Source: Octopus sinensis (taxonomy: Eukaryota). From it: a stretch of 64,000 nt of DNA. The notes under the pieces are model-generated. The model saw nothing but the letters and a program-made list of their open reading frames with translations. It made no database searches and had not been told where the DNA came from. Positions 12,794 to 25,167 of the stretch are shown here, piece after piece; the first letter of the stretch is position 1; every line of letters begins with the position of its first letter. The stretch is from NCBI RefSeq assembly GCF_006345805.1, contig NW_021834582.1, forward strand, positions 1 to 64,000, read 5' to 3'. A program made the translations under genes and the position numbers.

Positions 12794-13894
12794 CTATATG
12801 ACAAGAGAAGACATACAAGTCAAGCGAAACCCAGATTGAATCTCACAAACCACATCAAGAATATCATCATGAATCCACAAACACTTAATCGACCCATCGG
12901 AAGAACAAGTGACCAACAACTCTCTCCCCTCATAATTTTGAAACATCAAACCCTTCACTCTACCATTAAATCATTCATCATTACCTGCTCTTATGAACAC
13001 TCTCCTTCCTCACTAAGCTCATATCCATACCCTCATATAATAAAACATCTCCATTCCCTAATCCTACACCAATCAGACGACCCTCCTGTCAAATATGATT
13101 AAATAATAACCCAATTCATAGAAAATGCAGTAATTGAAGTCCCCAGATTGATACATTTGGCCAATAAAGATTTCTTATCAACCTTAAATATCATCAAAAA
13201 TGATTATTTACTGGCTGGAAGACTATAGATTGTGGATATATTATTACATAATAGTCCTTCCCTCCACATTTCGCCCAATGAATTTGAAATGCTGAAATTA
13301 CCCACAAATATAACCTCCTTCCAATTTGCAGCTAAACGAAGAGTGGCCAGAGGTTAGATTCCATAATTTGAGTGTCCCACAACTTGAGAGTGACAGAAGT
13401 AGTTTACCACTACTGTGAAGAGAGGTTGATATTACTTGTGTTCTAATAAAGTATATATACATAACGATTACTTATGACGTTCTAGTTTTTTGAGACAACT
13501 CCAAGTTTTTGTACTTAAAATTGAAATTTTTGAATCAGCAGAAGAACTTATTAGGTGGGATGAATTGAAGAAACAGAGAGAAGTGATGGATCCTTAGGAA
13601 TCGGATATTGAGACTATTTTTACCAGAATGTTCCATTAGTAGTCCAATTTCTTTATTTGCTTTGAGATCTAAAATTCTTATGGTCTCGTCGTCTCCTCCA
13701 CTAGCAAGAAGTCCGTGAGAAGAAATTGCTAAGCATTTGATAATCCCGTTATGGTAGTTTGTAGTAAATTTTAATTTAAAATTTATATGTTTCTATGAAA
13801 GAAAACATGTATTATCTACTTTATTTGATATAATTTCGTAGCCCAATAAAAGTCCATTATATGTACCCACAACAACATTCAATGTTGAATTCAT
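12794..13894 (-). CDS. PAK1IP1: WD40 ribosome biogenesis factor PAK1IP1/MAK11 (multi-exon)
   Basis: VVVGTYNGLLLGY, LLASGGDDETIRILDL, HKSRVKG, LLVTCSSDGSIK and FRLTCM. Confidence 0.8.
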
Positions 13895-15374
13895 GCTAAA
13901 TATATAACTTATATTTAATTAAATAATATATATTAAAAATTAAAAAAATATTTAATTTATGAATAGTGGATTATTTTGTTTAAAATTTTAACGTCTCTCT
14001 ATTGCACAATACCTAATACACCCTGGATAACTCGTACTAATGACTTTCAATGTCAAAAAAGTTACTCCTCCTTCCTCAAAGGACATAATTGGACGTAGAA
14101 CCTAGTCGTTATAGCCTTTCTTCAAGAAACAACAGTAAAAAAGAAACTTGATGAAAGCGTATGAGAGTATGCAGAATTATCGCTTTAAATATCGAACAAA
14201 CCAAGAAGTGATCAAGAGAAAACAAAATAAACACAACTCTGAAGGATTGGGTGTGGAAAGTCTGAACACAAATATCACCGCCAGTAAGAGATTTATAGCT
14301 TAAGTGGTGTTCCTATTCAAAACTGAGCCAGGGAGACCAATAAACTATGGATGAGGTGTAACTGCTAAAGAAATTGTGAATGTTGTCAGGTCGTGAAGGA
14401 TGTTTCAACGAAGGGTGTCAGACATGCAACCCTCGGCATTAATAAATGCGGTCCGCATTGCTCATGTGCAACAGTAATGCAACAGTACTGTGCACTCCGA
14501 TTGTTTGATATGTAACCAGTTAATCGCTATACCCAAAGAATAAAGCTTAAAGAATTAAATTTCCAATCATAGATCCTACGATTATTTCGAAGATACTAAG
14601 TTGTTTATTAACCAAAAGGTTCAATGTGTGTTTTAAGGCTAAATTAATTACGAAATGATTTGTTCATTTCTGTTAAGACAGGAAATAATTTTATTTATGG
14701 AAATTAAAGGTGTTTGATTCGACATTTGTGTGTGAACAACTTTTTTCATTTATGAGATAAACAAAAACTCCTTATAGAACACGATTCACAGATTAAAATC
14801 CATCGGCTTTAATTAAAGTCTGAACTACACAAATAATTGTATCGGAAAAAGATGTAAATCATCCGGAAGTAGCTCTAAGGACAATTAAAAGATGATTATA
14901 TATTTAGATTTTCTTATTTTGGGTCTTTCATTAAAAAAATAATTTATTTTTTTAACATCAAGAGTATGTAGTAGGCAGAGGAGGTTAAGAGAAAGTTGCG
15001 TTAGAGGCATGAGAAGTTGCTGGTTGGGAGAGAGATAAATTGTTATTTAAACTGTTTATTTCTGCTTGTTTTAGTAGTTTAGCGAATATGATGTGAATTC
15101 TTAAGCCTTAAAATTGTTATTCATTTAATAAACTTACTCAAATAAATAATGCAATAAAAAACGAATTATTTAATTTTCTTAGATTTTGAATACATTTGGG
15201 AATTAATTTATCAGTTTTACCTGGACTGCACCTGTTTTTCTAAAGTTTTTTTGTAAAAATATTTTTGACATTGATTTTAATAAACATGTGCCTTATTAGT
15301 TAAATTAACATGGGACTAATTACGAGTTGTAAAATAACTTTTAAGCTAAAAAATAGTACTTTTAATTTGTGAAA

Positions 15375-16190
15375 ATGGAATTTGATTCCTCACACAAAAT
15401 TTGTATAGCTTGTGGAGAAACTGTTGTAAACCTGCCATATTTAATTGTAAATTCTAATTTTTATCACATTTGTTGTTTAAACTGCATTAAATGCAACATT
15501 TCTTTACAAAATCAAAGCAGTTGTTATGTTGTCGACAATAATATTTATTGCTGGAACGATTACATCAAGCAAGACATATTTTATAAAATTATAGTTTAAT
15601 GTCATATCTTTATAAATGTTTTGGATGTGGAGTCTCTTTAAGTATTACAGATTTTGTAATCGAAATAAACAGATTTTTATATCATCCAGAATGTCTTCGA
15701 TGTATGGATTGTGGCAACAGATTGCTTGTGGGAGAACATTGCAGAGTTGAAAACTCAAAAATATTATGTTACAACTCTGCGTGTTGTGCGTCAAATCAAA
15801 GTTTTGAAGAGATTGATAAGTTTTTTTTATAAACTTCCTTTTAGTGTCCAAATAAGATGTTTTGAATATTCACAGAAAACAATCTCGAATGGTCTTTGAT
15901 TTGTAAGTTTATTGTTAAATAGATCTGTATATTTCAAATGAGAATAACAGAAAACATAAACGAGTAAGAACAACATTTAAAAATTTTCAATTGAACTTAC
16001 TCAAATCATTTTTTTCGGTGAACCAAAATCCTGATTCGAATAATCTTAATTCATTAGTTTACCAATCTGGTCTTTCAAAACGAATAATTCAAGTTTTTTG
16101 TAAATGATTTATTGTTAGGTCTGGTTTCAAAATGCTCGAGCTAAAAGTAGACGAAATAGCAACGTGTATGTAAAAAATAAATTTCGATGA
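15375..16190 (+). CDS. LHX2/9: LIM-homeodomain transcription factor, Lhx2/9 (apterous) class (multi-exon)
   Basis: Two LIM zinc fingers, then the homeodomain KRVRTTFK..QL...NQNPDS...SGLSKRIIQ|VWFQNARAK. Confidence 0.85.
15569..15594 (+). other. 26-nt GC-AG micro-intron (Lhx2/9)
   Basis: AA|gcaaga...tatag|T joins LIM1 to LIM2 in frame. No GT donor is available without cutting LIM1. Confidence 0.75.
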
Positions 16191-16744
16191 ACTTTGACCA
16201 AATTAACAATTTACTTTATTAAATAGTAATTCAAAATTTTAAATTCGTATTAACTTATATTATAATTTTTGCTCGCGAAACGAGAGTCCTTTAAATGCGA
16301 TCGGTGCAAAGCGTGATCGGCGCGGCATAAGGGAATATTAATTGACTTGTTTTGATGTGTTCTCAGCATTAATAATAAATATTTCAACACACTCAAAATT
16401 ATACCATCCAACTAAACACTACAAAAAATCTTTTTTACTTTTTCAAAATCACATTTAATTATCATCCGATATTTATTTTCCCTGCAAATACAATATGTAT
16501 CTCTCTCCTCATCTACTTTTTTGCTAACACGCCAAATATTGGTGTCGATTTCTGGGTTATTAGTTCGTTCTTTTGTTTTTGTCAGTTAATTTGTTGCAGG
16601 ATTACTGCCCATAAACAAGTTTAATGTAACTTTTATCTTTAGGTTCTTTTTTCTGAATTTAGTTTTTATAACTTTTTTTGATAAAAACTAATTTATTTAT
16701 ATATCTTAAAAACCACAAAAGAAATCATCAAAAAAAACTAGCTA

Positions 16745-17150
16745 CTATGAACTGGCTCGCAGGATTGAAAGACAATTCCCGCGTAAAACAGCCAGCGAGA
16801 TCCTCTGAATAAGGAATATAAATTCCCTCGGATCTCTGGAGCGGTATGTGCACAAGCGGCCAAGTTTCTTGAGATGAGCAAGCGTTTTGGTTCCAAAAAC
16901 ACAGGAAGTTTCGACGGCAATTGCCCAAAAGCAAAATCGATCGAGTAAATCCTCATATTTCGTTAGTTTTGCGAATTCGGCCTTCTCGGCCGACGAACCG
17001 GGTCGACAAGCCGTAGCATTTAAGGCACCCTTGGCGAAAGAGTCGGAACAGGTGACGTCCCAAACGAGCTGTTTCCCGGATTCAAAAGCGAACAGCGTAC
17101 AGCCGTCCGGACGTTTTGCATCTTTAAGAACAAGGCCCGTCGGTTCAAAA
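16745..17150 (-). mobile_element. 5-prime-truncated CRE-like non-LTR retrotransposon (endonuclease domain only)
   Basis: EPTGL..DAKRPDG.T...GKQLVWDVTC...QRISLAVLRGN, homologous to the C-terminus of the 32081-34978 ORF. Confidence 0.85.
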
Positions 17151-19497
17151 AGGGAGAAATATAGGGAGAAATTGGTTTTTTTCAAGTGCATGAAACTTTG
17201 TTTTTTTACCAGATACAGAGTTCTTTAATAAATAAACGTTGTCTCTAGAATTGAAATTCAGCTAAAAATATAATTTTTAGTTAGAAGAGAGATACATTTT
17301 GTCGACAAACCAAAGTGATCCCATTTGAGACGATTCGATTATATTTCTGTCAATCTGCAAATTTTTAATAAAAATTTCTAAATCCAAGCATGAGTCTCGA
17401 CAGACTCTAAAGGATTTACAAAAGCAGAACTCAACAAGATAGGTTTTAATCTCCAATCTTTTTTTATGAAATGACACTTCATTGTTCCCGTAGCGATGTA
17501 AGTCGTTGTGGATCGATTTAATCCGAGTCGAAGAGGGACTCTAGTTTTGAGGGAGTCCTCGTAGATCAAAGTCCAAAATTTTATATTTCTTTGATAAATA
17601 ATATCTTTTTTCAATGATCAAAAATAACTTTGAAGATGACGGGCATAATATATTTTAACATTTTGCGTTCTTTACGATTTAAAACATTTACTCATCGGTA
17701 ATCGCATTCAAAGAACGACAATGCAATAACTATTTGTATTAGAGTTTGAAGAAATTATGAAAAGTATATAATCTTATAAAGCTGGTTAAAATTGACTCAT
17801 AAAAAATGTCACATTTTCTTAAACAAAATAAGAATTGTCGCGACCAAAATCAGAAAAGATAAAAACAACATTTTTAAATTTGATTAAAAAATTAAAAGAA
17901 CTATTATTCGTTAATTGTTTCTCTTCTTGCACATACAAATCTAAGCACAAAGAATCACAATGTTCTTAGACTAAACTTGTAAAATACTTCTTCTACATAC
18001 AATTAAAATTTTTTTTATCTTTTAAAAATTATTTAATTAATAAAACAGCCAAAATACATTTTCTCATTTTGAATGCTACAAATTTGAAAAAACATCAAAA
18101 ATTAAATAAATATAAGTTGGGAATTAATCAAATTTATTTCAAAATTGGGTTTTTCTGAAAAGTACATAAGTCGAGATTAATGAAAAGTTACTTTAACTAG
18201 TTTTTAATTAAAGTATTAAAGAGATAACGGCAAAAAAAGTTGAAATTGTCTAAAAAGATTCCCAGTAAAACTCTTCTAAACAACATGCTAATCTGAAGAT
18301 GGGAATCGAAATCGTCCCGTATTCCTTGTACCAACATCTCAGCCTAAATACGATGCTAGTCCCCTTTAAAGGGAATCCCGAAGTCAAATTGATTTTTTGT
18401 GTCAAAGCATTTGTTATAAAAAACAATTATCGAATGTTACTCAAGTATGCACTTTTTTAGAAGGGGATTCTTTGCTTATTAGAAGAGTGCAAGAATTGTT
18501 TATTTAATGAACAACTTCAGGAAGATCTAACGACGATAATATCACAATATTAACAGACATTTATTGACCAAAGGACCAGGGTAACCTAGTTAATTATAAT
18601 CCCCGTGATCCCCGATTTATTTCGCAAGCGACGAAGATCCTTCTGAAAGGTTAGATCCTGCCCACAATGATCGGACTGGGATGACGATGTCCCAGGGTCA
18701 GAGTTCTAAAGACCTTTTTCGGTAGGCATTAAGAGCCTCCGAGTTTCAATATCCGGTTGGAAGTTCCAAGTGACATCAAAATATTAACCTTTATTATATT
18801 TCCTTGATGATTTAGCATCGACCAATTTTAGTATAAATAAAACATACAATTATTCGAAAAAATTGGATTTTAAAGAAGACGTATGTGAAATAAAAAATTA
18901 TATTAACAAAAGGATGAATTTGAATGATATCAGAAAAATAATGAATTTAGGCTCATCGTGCGGAGTGAACGATCATTTTTGATTCTATAAAAAATCTTAA
19001 CAAAGGATAGGAATTTCAAATTTTAAAATGTAAAATATTACTTGATTCTTAATAACTTGACAAACAATCTATAAAATTAATTTAAATTTTAATAAGACTA
19101 GTTTATATAATAAAGTAAAGTTCCAAATAATATTTCTAGGTCATTTTTTCAATAAAAATTTTGCCTTAGTTATTACCATACTTAAAAACTAGAAAAACTA
19201 GTGAAGTATAAATATTCTTTTACAGTTTATTTAAAATACTCTTTTGCCATCGTTTTTGTTTAAAATCTTTATTCATATAAACGTCTGACGTTGTTTTTAA
19301 ATAAAATATAGACATTAATGGAGGTTTTTAAAACAGTAGTTTTATAAGAAAACAGAACATTGCTAATACCATTTCCAAACCATTCCTAATCGCTACTTAA
19401 AAAAGCATAAAATCATAATTCCTCGCTGGTTGTGGATTTAGACTAAATAATGATTGACATAACAAATTAAATATCAGGAAATAAAAAGCCAAAAAGG

Positions 19498-22392
19498 TTA
19501 AAAATCAACAACAGGAGTAGCACCAGCAGTCTGCAAAGAATACTTCATTTTAGCCGGATAGTTGGTATTATTAATCAATGAATAAGATATCCCTACCATA
19601 ACACACAATTTCTACCATCCGACACTTCATAAAAATTCCCCCTCCTCATCACAAAAGAATCACTTTCGTCAATCTTCATCTCTACAGTCCCAACCTCCAC
19701 TGTCAAAATCTAGAATGTTTTACCTCACAACTAACCAAGTATATCCCCTCCAAAGTCACCAACGGCTTTGTTGAATGAGGAAACACCACCAACAATCCAA
19801 ATAAATTGGGTCTGTCATCACAGTGGGAATACACCGCGTGTGTCTCAAAGGACTCCAACAGTTGTACCCTCCTCACAATCGACACTAAACAAACTAATAA
19901 AAACTAAAATAACATTGATCTCTAACTTCCCTCAAATTAGAAGTAAATTGAGGGATAATGACATTATTGGGTTTTGACTTGATTGGGTCGTTATGAACTA
20001 AATTGACTTTATACCAACTCACGATATGAACGGAGGTGTTTTGTTATCCCCACAATCTGCAACCCATAGCCAAAATCCGAATATTTAATCCTCTCTCCAT
20101 TAAAAGGGTCTAGCCCGACCACTCGTACTCGATTTGACTGGCGAGATGACAACGGGTTCAATTCAGGCACAACTTTAAATTAGTTACACACAAACTTATT
20201 CTAGCACGGATTCCATCCGCTGCCAATCGCTATGTACGTTTAGTTAACACGCCCATACCTCGTTGATTCCCTCAAATCTGGCGATTATGTCAGCGATAGG
20301 TTCTTCATCGGCTATGGGCATCATCGAATCATTTATTCTGCCACTTGAGAGAAGTTCCTTTTATTACGTCGTTTTTTCTTGTTCTTAGCCTTCCTGATAT
20401 ATATATACTAATATTTTAGAATACCACTTTCGGGGTGATCCATCAGGGATATCAGCCATCATCAGATCCGTCCCGATTTGTTTATCAACCATTACAGGAG
20501 AATTAATTTCCTTAACCACTTTTTCTGCTAAAATTTCATCAGTAAACAGACTAGGATCACTAAAAATGTGTATCAGGACACAACATACCCAACTTTGACG
20601 GAATTTGTTACTCGAATTGGACTATTGAGTTCCGAATTTACAGTCGAAGAGGCGGAAAATGACACATTAGGATTATTTTCAATAAACATGTTGCCGGAAT
20701 TCAATGATTCTCGATTTTTGTTCAAGGAGGGGCCAACGAGGATCACATCCTCAGGTTCGCTATCAGAACTAGCAATAAAAGTGACTCTTCTTCTTTTTTT
20801 CTTCGATAGATATTCCTCAAAATCAAAATGAACAGCTTCCTTCTCAACAGTCTTGCCCACCTCGCCAAAATGAGTCTTGTTCTTGCTCTTGTCTCGTCTG
20901 GAAAGGTTTTCACGTGCAGTCGTGTTTCGACCTTTCTTTAAAATGGACACTGTCGATTTGGAATGAGGGACATCGGTGGTCTCTTGTCCAAAATTAGGAT
21001 TCTTTTGGGGAATGACAGGCTCATCTTGTATTATATGACTTTTGGCTTTAGAGTTTTCCTTATTGTGCAATCTTTTCGAGTTTTTTGACGACTTTTTTGA
21101 CGAAATTGAGTCAGATATATTCAAATTAGAACCTTCGTGGCCCATAACAGTCTCTTGTCCAAAATTAAGATTCTTTTGGGGAATGACAGATCATCTTGTA
21201 TTATATGACTTTTGGCTTTAGAGTTTTCCTTATTGAGCAATCTTTTCGAGTTTTTTGACGACTTTTTTGACGAAATTGAGTCAGATATATTCAAATTAGA
21301 ACCTTCGTGGCCCATAACAGTCTCTTGTCCAAAATTAAGATTCTTTTGGGGAATGGCAGTTTCATCTTGTATTATATGACTTTTGGCTTTAGAGTTTTCC
21401 TTATTGAGCAATCTTTTCGAGTTTTTTGACGACTTTTTTGACGAAATTGAGTCAGATATATTCAAATTGGAACCTTCGTTGCTCATAACAGTCTCTTGTC
21501 CCAACAAATGCGTTTTATCAGAATTTTTATCATAGGAAACTTCACGAGTGCGATTATTATGGCTATTTCTCGTCATCCTTGAAGCTCTCCGGATTGAATT
21601 TCTGCTATTTTCAACACCAGAAGGTAATTCGTAGATAATTTCGACATCTTCTATCTCCTGTCCAGAGGATTGGGGGTTCTCATCAGCCAAATCAGAAGAA
21701 TAATCACTTCTATCCACATCTGTCCCAGCTTGAAAGCCCAAAGATATCATTTCAGGTCTATTCTGACTCTTTTGTGTAGAGTCTCTTTGAACTGAGGCGA
21801 TTGAGATATCCTGGGGATCATCCCTCCATAAAGGGTTTTGCTTTTCTTGCTCAATACTCATCTTGTAGGTCGAATTCGGCCACTTTGGGTGAGAAACCTT
21901 ACGAGGAATCAATCCTTGTACAGGTCCTCTAATTGAGGATTTTAAGGACTTTGTTAAATTGGCATATTCAGCGCTTCTTAGCATGTCATCCATGATAGGG
22001 GACTCCCCAGGGAACAATTCGGTGGTTTTTTCAGATTTTTTGCTATTTCTGCCCACATTTGATGACCTTGGTTGGAATTTTACTACGGATGGATGATTTG
22101 TCTTATCTTTGGGAGCTGAAAATAGGCTTAGATAGTTATTCTGTGGGATTAAGATGGAATTGTTAACCATAATGCTCCTGTCTTGTATTGGTGGAGGATT
22201 TCCATGGCTCTGTCCTTCGTAACGAGTGCTTTCTAATCCGCTAATGTCGTGATCTTGGTCATTTGGGTGGATTTGGGTTTCTAGTTGTTTAGAGCAGAGC
22301 AATTACCGTCAGGGAGAAGAAGCTTATGCGTTTTTTTATTTCCAAGTTCCTTTAATATTCTTTTTTTACTAAAAGTTGTTGTTATTTGACAT
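19498..22392 (-). CDS. CENPC: Centromere protein C (CENP-C/Mif2), multi-exon, with apparent single-base frameshifts
   Basis: Long S/N/K-rich disordered region. CENP-C motif-like RQSNRVRVVGLDPFNGERIKY. C-terminal cupin-like GLLVVFPHSTK...VEVGTVEMKI...GNFYEVSDGISYSLIN. Start approximate. Confidence 0.7.
20979..21501. repeat. Three tandem 171-bp (57-aa) coding repeats
   Basis: GTCTCTTGTCC recurs at 20979, 21150, 21320 and 21491. One copy is 1 nt short. Confidence 0.92.
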
Positions 22393-22589
22393 TATTTTTG
22401 AAGATTAAAATATAATTAATATTAATTTTATACAATCGTCGGTCCATTGTTGCTCTGAATAAACACACAAGTTGTTGTTGCGTAATAAATTAATATGCGC
22501 CAGTATATATTTGGTTTATATTTATTCTAAATTTAATATAATATAAAATAATTAAATTCTCGATTCTGAATGCTTCAAAATTTTATTTA

Positions 22590-22720
22590 TGTGATTTACG
22601 ATAACGTTGGTGAAACATGGAGGAACGTCAACAAACTCGGCTCCCTACTTGGAGACAGTGAAGATATTTCCTGCAGAAAGATGCTTGCTACCGCGGCTCT
22701 GAGCAGAATACGTAAAAATG
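22590..22720 (+). pseudogene. Short RTE-like RT fragment
   Basis: ETWRNVNKLGSLLGDSEDISCRKMLA, homologous to EIWRRSRKVGSLLGDWEDVQRKKIL at about 8770-8845. Confidence 0.7.
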
Positions 22721-24089
22721 GCTCCAATTTTTGTAAAAGCTGTGCCATCAAATTTAGCATTTTTTGAAACGCGTGCACTTTAGCAAAGTACAAATCTATT
22801 AAGAGAAGAGTGTAGACGACTTAGCGAGATGAACTGGCTGAGAAAAGTGGATTTGATTTGGTTTTTGAACATTCCACTGGGTTTATGGCAATAGGCGATA
22901 ACACTTGAATCCTCATTACACTTGGTTGTCGTTGTCAACCTAGTTGAGTGACTATCTAGAATACTATTTTGTATTTTATTTCTAAATACCTGATAATTTT
23001 TGGAAATTGTTAGAAATAATTTTTTTAATATTTTTTGCAAGATTAAGCTTTTTTTTATTCAAGGTGTAAAAAGAAATTAGTTTAATACTTTTTTGGAAAG
23101 CAATTTCAATAAACAGTGGTAGCCACCAGCAAGCAAATGAGAAATAACTTTAAAGCAGGGGCCAGCTAGAAATCTTTCGTGAAATTGACATAAATATATC
23201 TTAGAATCCAAATTTTCGACGGATGTTGAAATTGTATTTTGTAAAATAGATTTATTATTCTATGCTTGTTGAATGTTATCTTAATTTTATACAATTATGT
23301 TTTTATTTTCAATTTTTGTAAAACTAATCGAAGAATTGCTTATATCAATTTGTAATATAGAATATTGAAGGAAAAAAACTTATTAAAGAGACTATTTACT
23401 TGTATATTTTATGTCAGAAATTGTAGTACTTTCACCAAAAAACCAAGATTCTGATAAATTTTTATGTTGAGAAAATCTTTTTTGCTTCGGTTAAAAATAA
23501 TGTTTTGAATACTCAATTAATTGGGAAATTAGATTATTTTATCTGTTTTTATATATGAATACATTAATTATAAAATCAAACAATAAACAATTAAATTATC
23601 TAATTAAGAGTTTGGCTTATATTTTCAAATATTTCTATTCTTCGCTTGGAAAAAAAATTTGTCTCAAAGTTTTTTTTGCTATTTCTTTATCAAAGTCTGC
23701 TACTATTTCTTTATTTAGCTGAGTACCTTGCGACATTCCAGCTCCGCAAGTTTATTTGCATCAGAGGAATACCTATCGTAGTCAATTTTATATTAAACAA
23801 ATAAAAATTAATTTGCGACAAAGAATCAATTTAAAATAATATTTTCTCTATTAGACCGATAAATAAAATATTTTAAGTCCATTTGTCAGAAAATTGTTAT
23901 AAAAAATTTTGGTTAACGTTAAAAATACAATACTAATTAGTTGACATAGAAAAGTATCAAATTGATTCATGAAATGCGTATGTAAAATACTGATTGTTAG
24001 ATATTAGGACGTCTTTGAATCTAATTTAGCAAATTTACTATATATTAAATATGTAAGTTTATTTGTATTTTAATTCAGTTTTTAAATAA

Positions 24090-25033
24090 ATGAGTTACTT
24101 ACATGTATCAAAACAAAGAATTGGATTTATCATCTCAATCATATTTGGATTTTTGTTTGTATCTATAATTCTTCCTGTTCTCAACAAAGAATATTTTATT
24201 GCAATTTCTATGGTATTTTTATTTATTATTTATTTTATAATAAAAATTTGGAATCGGTTTATTTAGGTTTATCTTCCTCAATATATAATTTATTGGTGTC
24301 TTTACATTCGAATTTCATTTTTTAATCACAAAAAATCACAATTCAACAGAAATAAAATAATTGACATAACAAACAGCATAGTTTACGTTTATTGCTTATT
24401 TTGCGAAGAGAATGTGTTCTAAATATCTATACTATAATTTTTTAGGTATAGAAATTCAAAACACTGTCGAGTATGTAATACTTGCATTATCGGGTTTGAC
24501 CACCACTGTAGTTGGGTAAACAAATGCATTGGAACTAGAATTTATCGGTAATTTGAAAAAATGATTGTAGTTCATTTTTTGCATTGATATCCTTGGCATC
24601 GTTTTGTAATCTTTTCAAATTGACTATTATTTTCCTGGAAATTTATATTTTTTTTGCAAAAAGAGAAGAATCAAATTTACTTTGTATTGAAAAAATAATT
24701 TAAATTATATTTAGTTAAACAAGATGGTCTCGTGGATCTACAAACCACCAGCGATTTAAAAAATAGTTTTTTTAAGTGATAAAAATAGGAGTCTATTTTA
24801 CATATTCTGGATTGAAAATCTGTTGGATCAATGTTCATGATTTTTATTGGATTTTTTGTGCACTGATACTTATGTTTTTGGTAGCATTGGTTACGATCCC
24901 AATTCTCATGTTGACGTTGTTCCACATTTATCTCAGTAAATATTTATTATTAATACATTTAGTTAAAAATAAAATGAGTACGTATTACTTTATAAAAAAT
25001 CGGGTGGTAGACTGTCCGGCTTGCCTTTCTTAG
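24090..25033 (+). CDS. DHHC palmitoyltransferase (multi-exon, start approximate)
   Basis: [32 protein letters not shown] flanked by hydrophobic TM segments. Confidence 0.85.
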
Positions 25034-25167
25034 ATTATTTTAATATTTTTAAATTTAAATTTAAAGTATTTCTGGTTTCATAAAATAAATAAAATTAATT
25101 TTTTCTAAATCATAAATTCACGTTTTTTAATTTGTTGTGTACACTTTACACATATAAAAATATATAC

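Noticed and set aside
15027-16508. GGAGAGAGATA inverted pair flanking Lhx2/9, suggesting gene capture
   Set aside because: Short, low-complexity match with no TSD or terminal motif.
20979-21501. The 171-bp unit equals the primate alpha-satellite length, and lies in a centromere gene
   Set aside because: It is a 57-codon protein repeat with no evident alphoid similarity. Coincidence.
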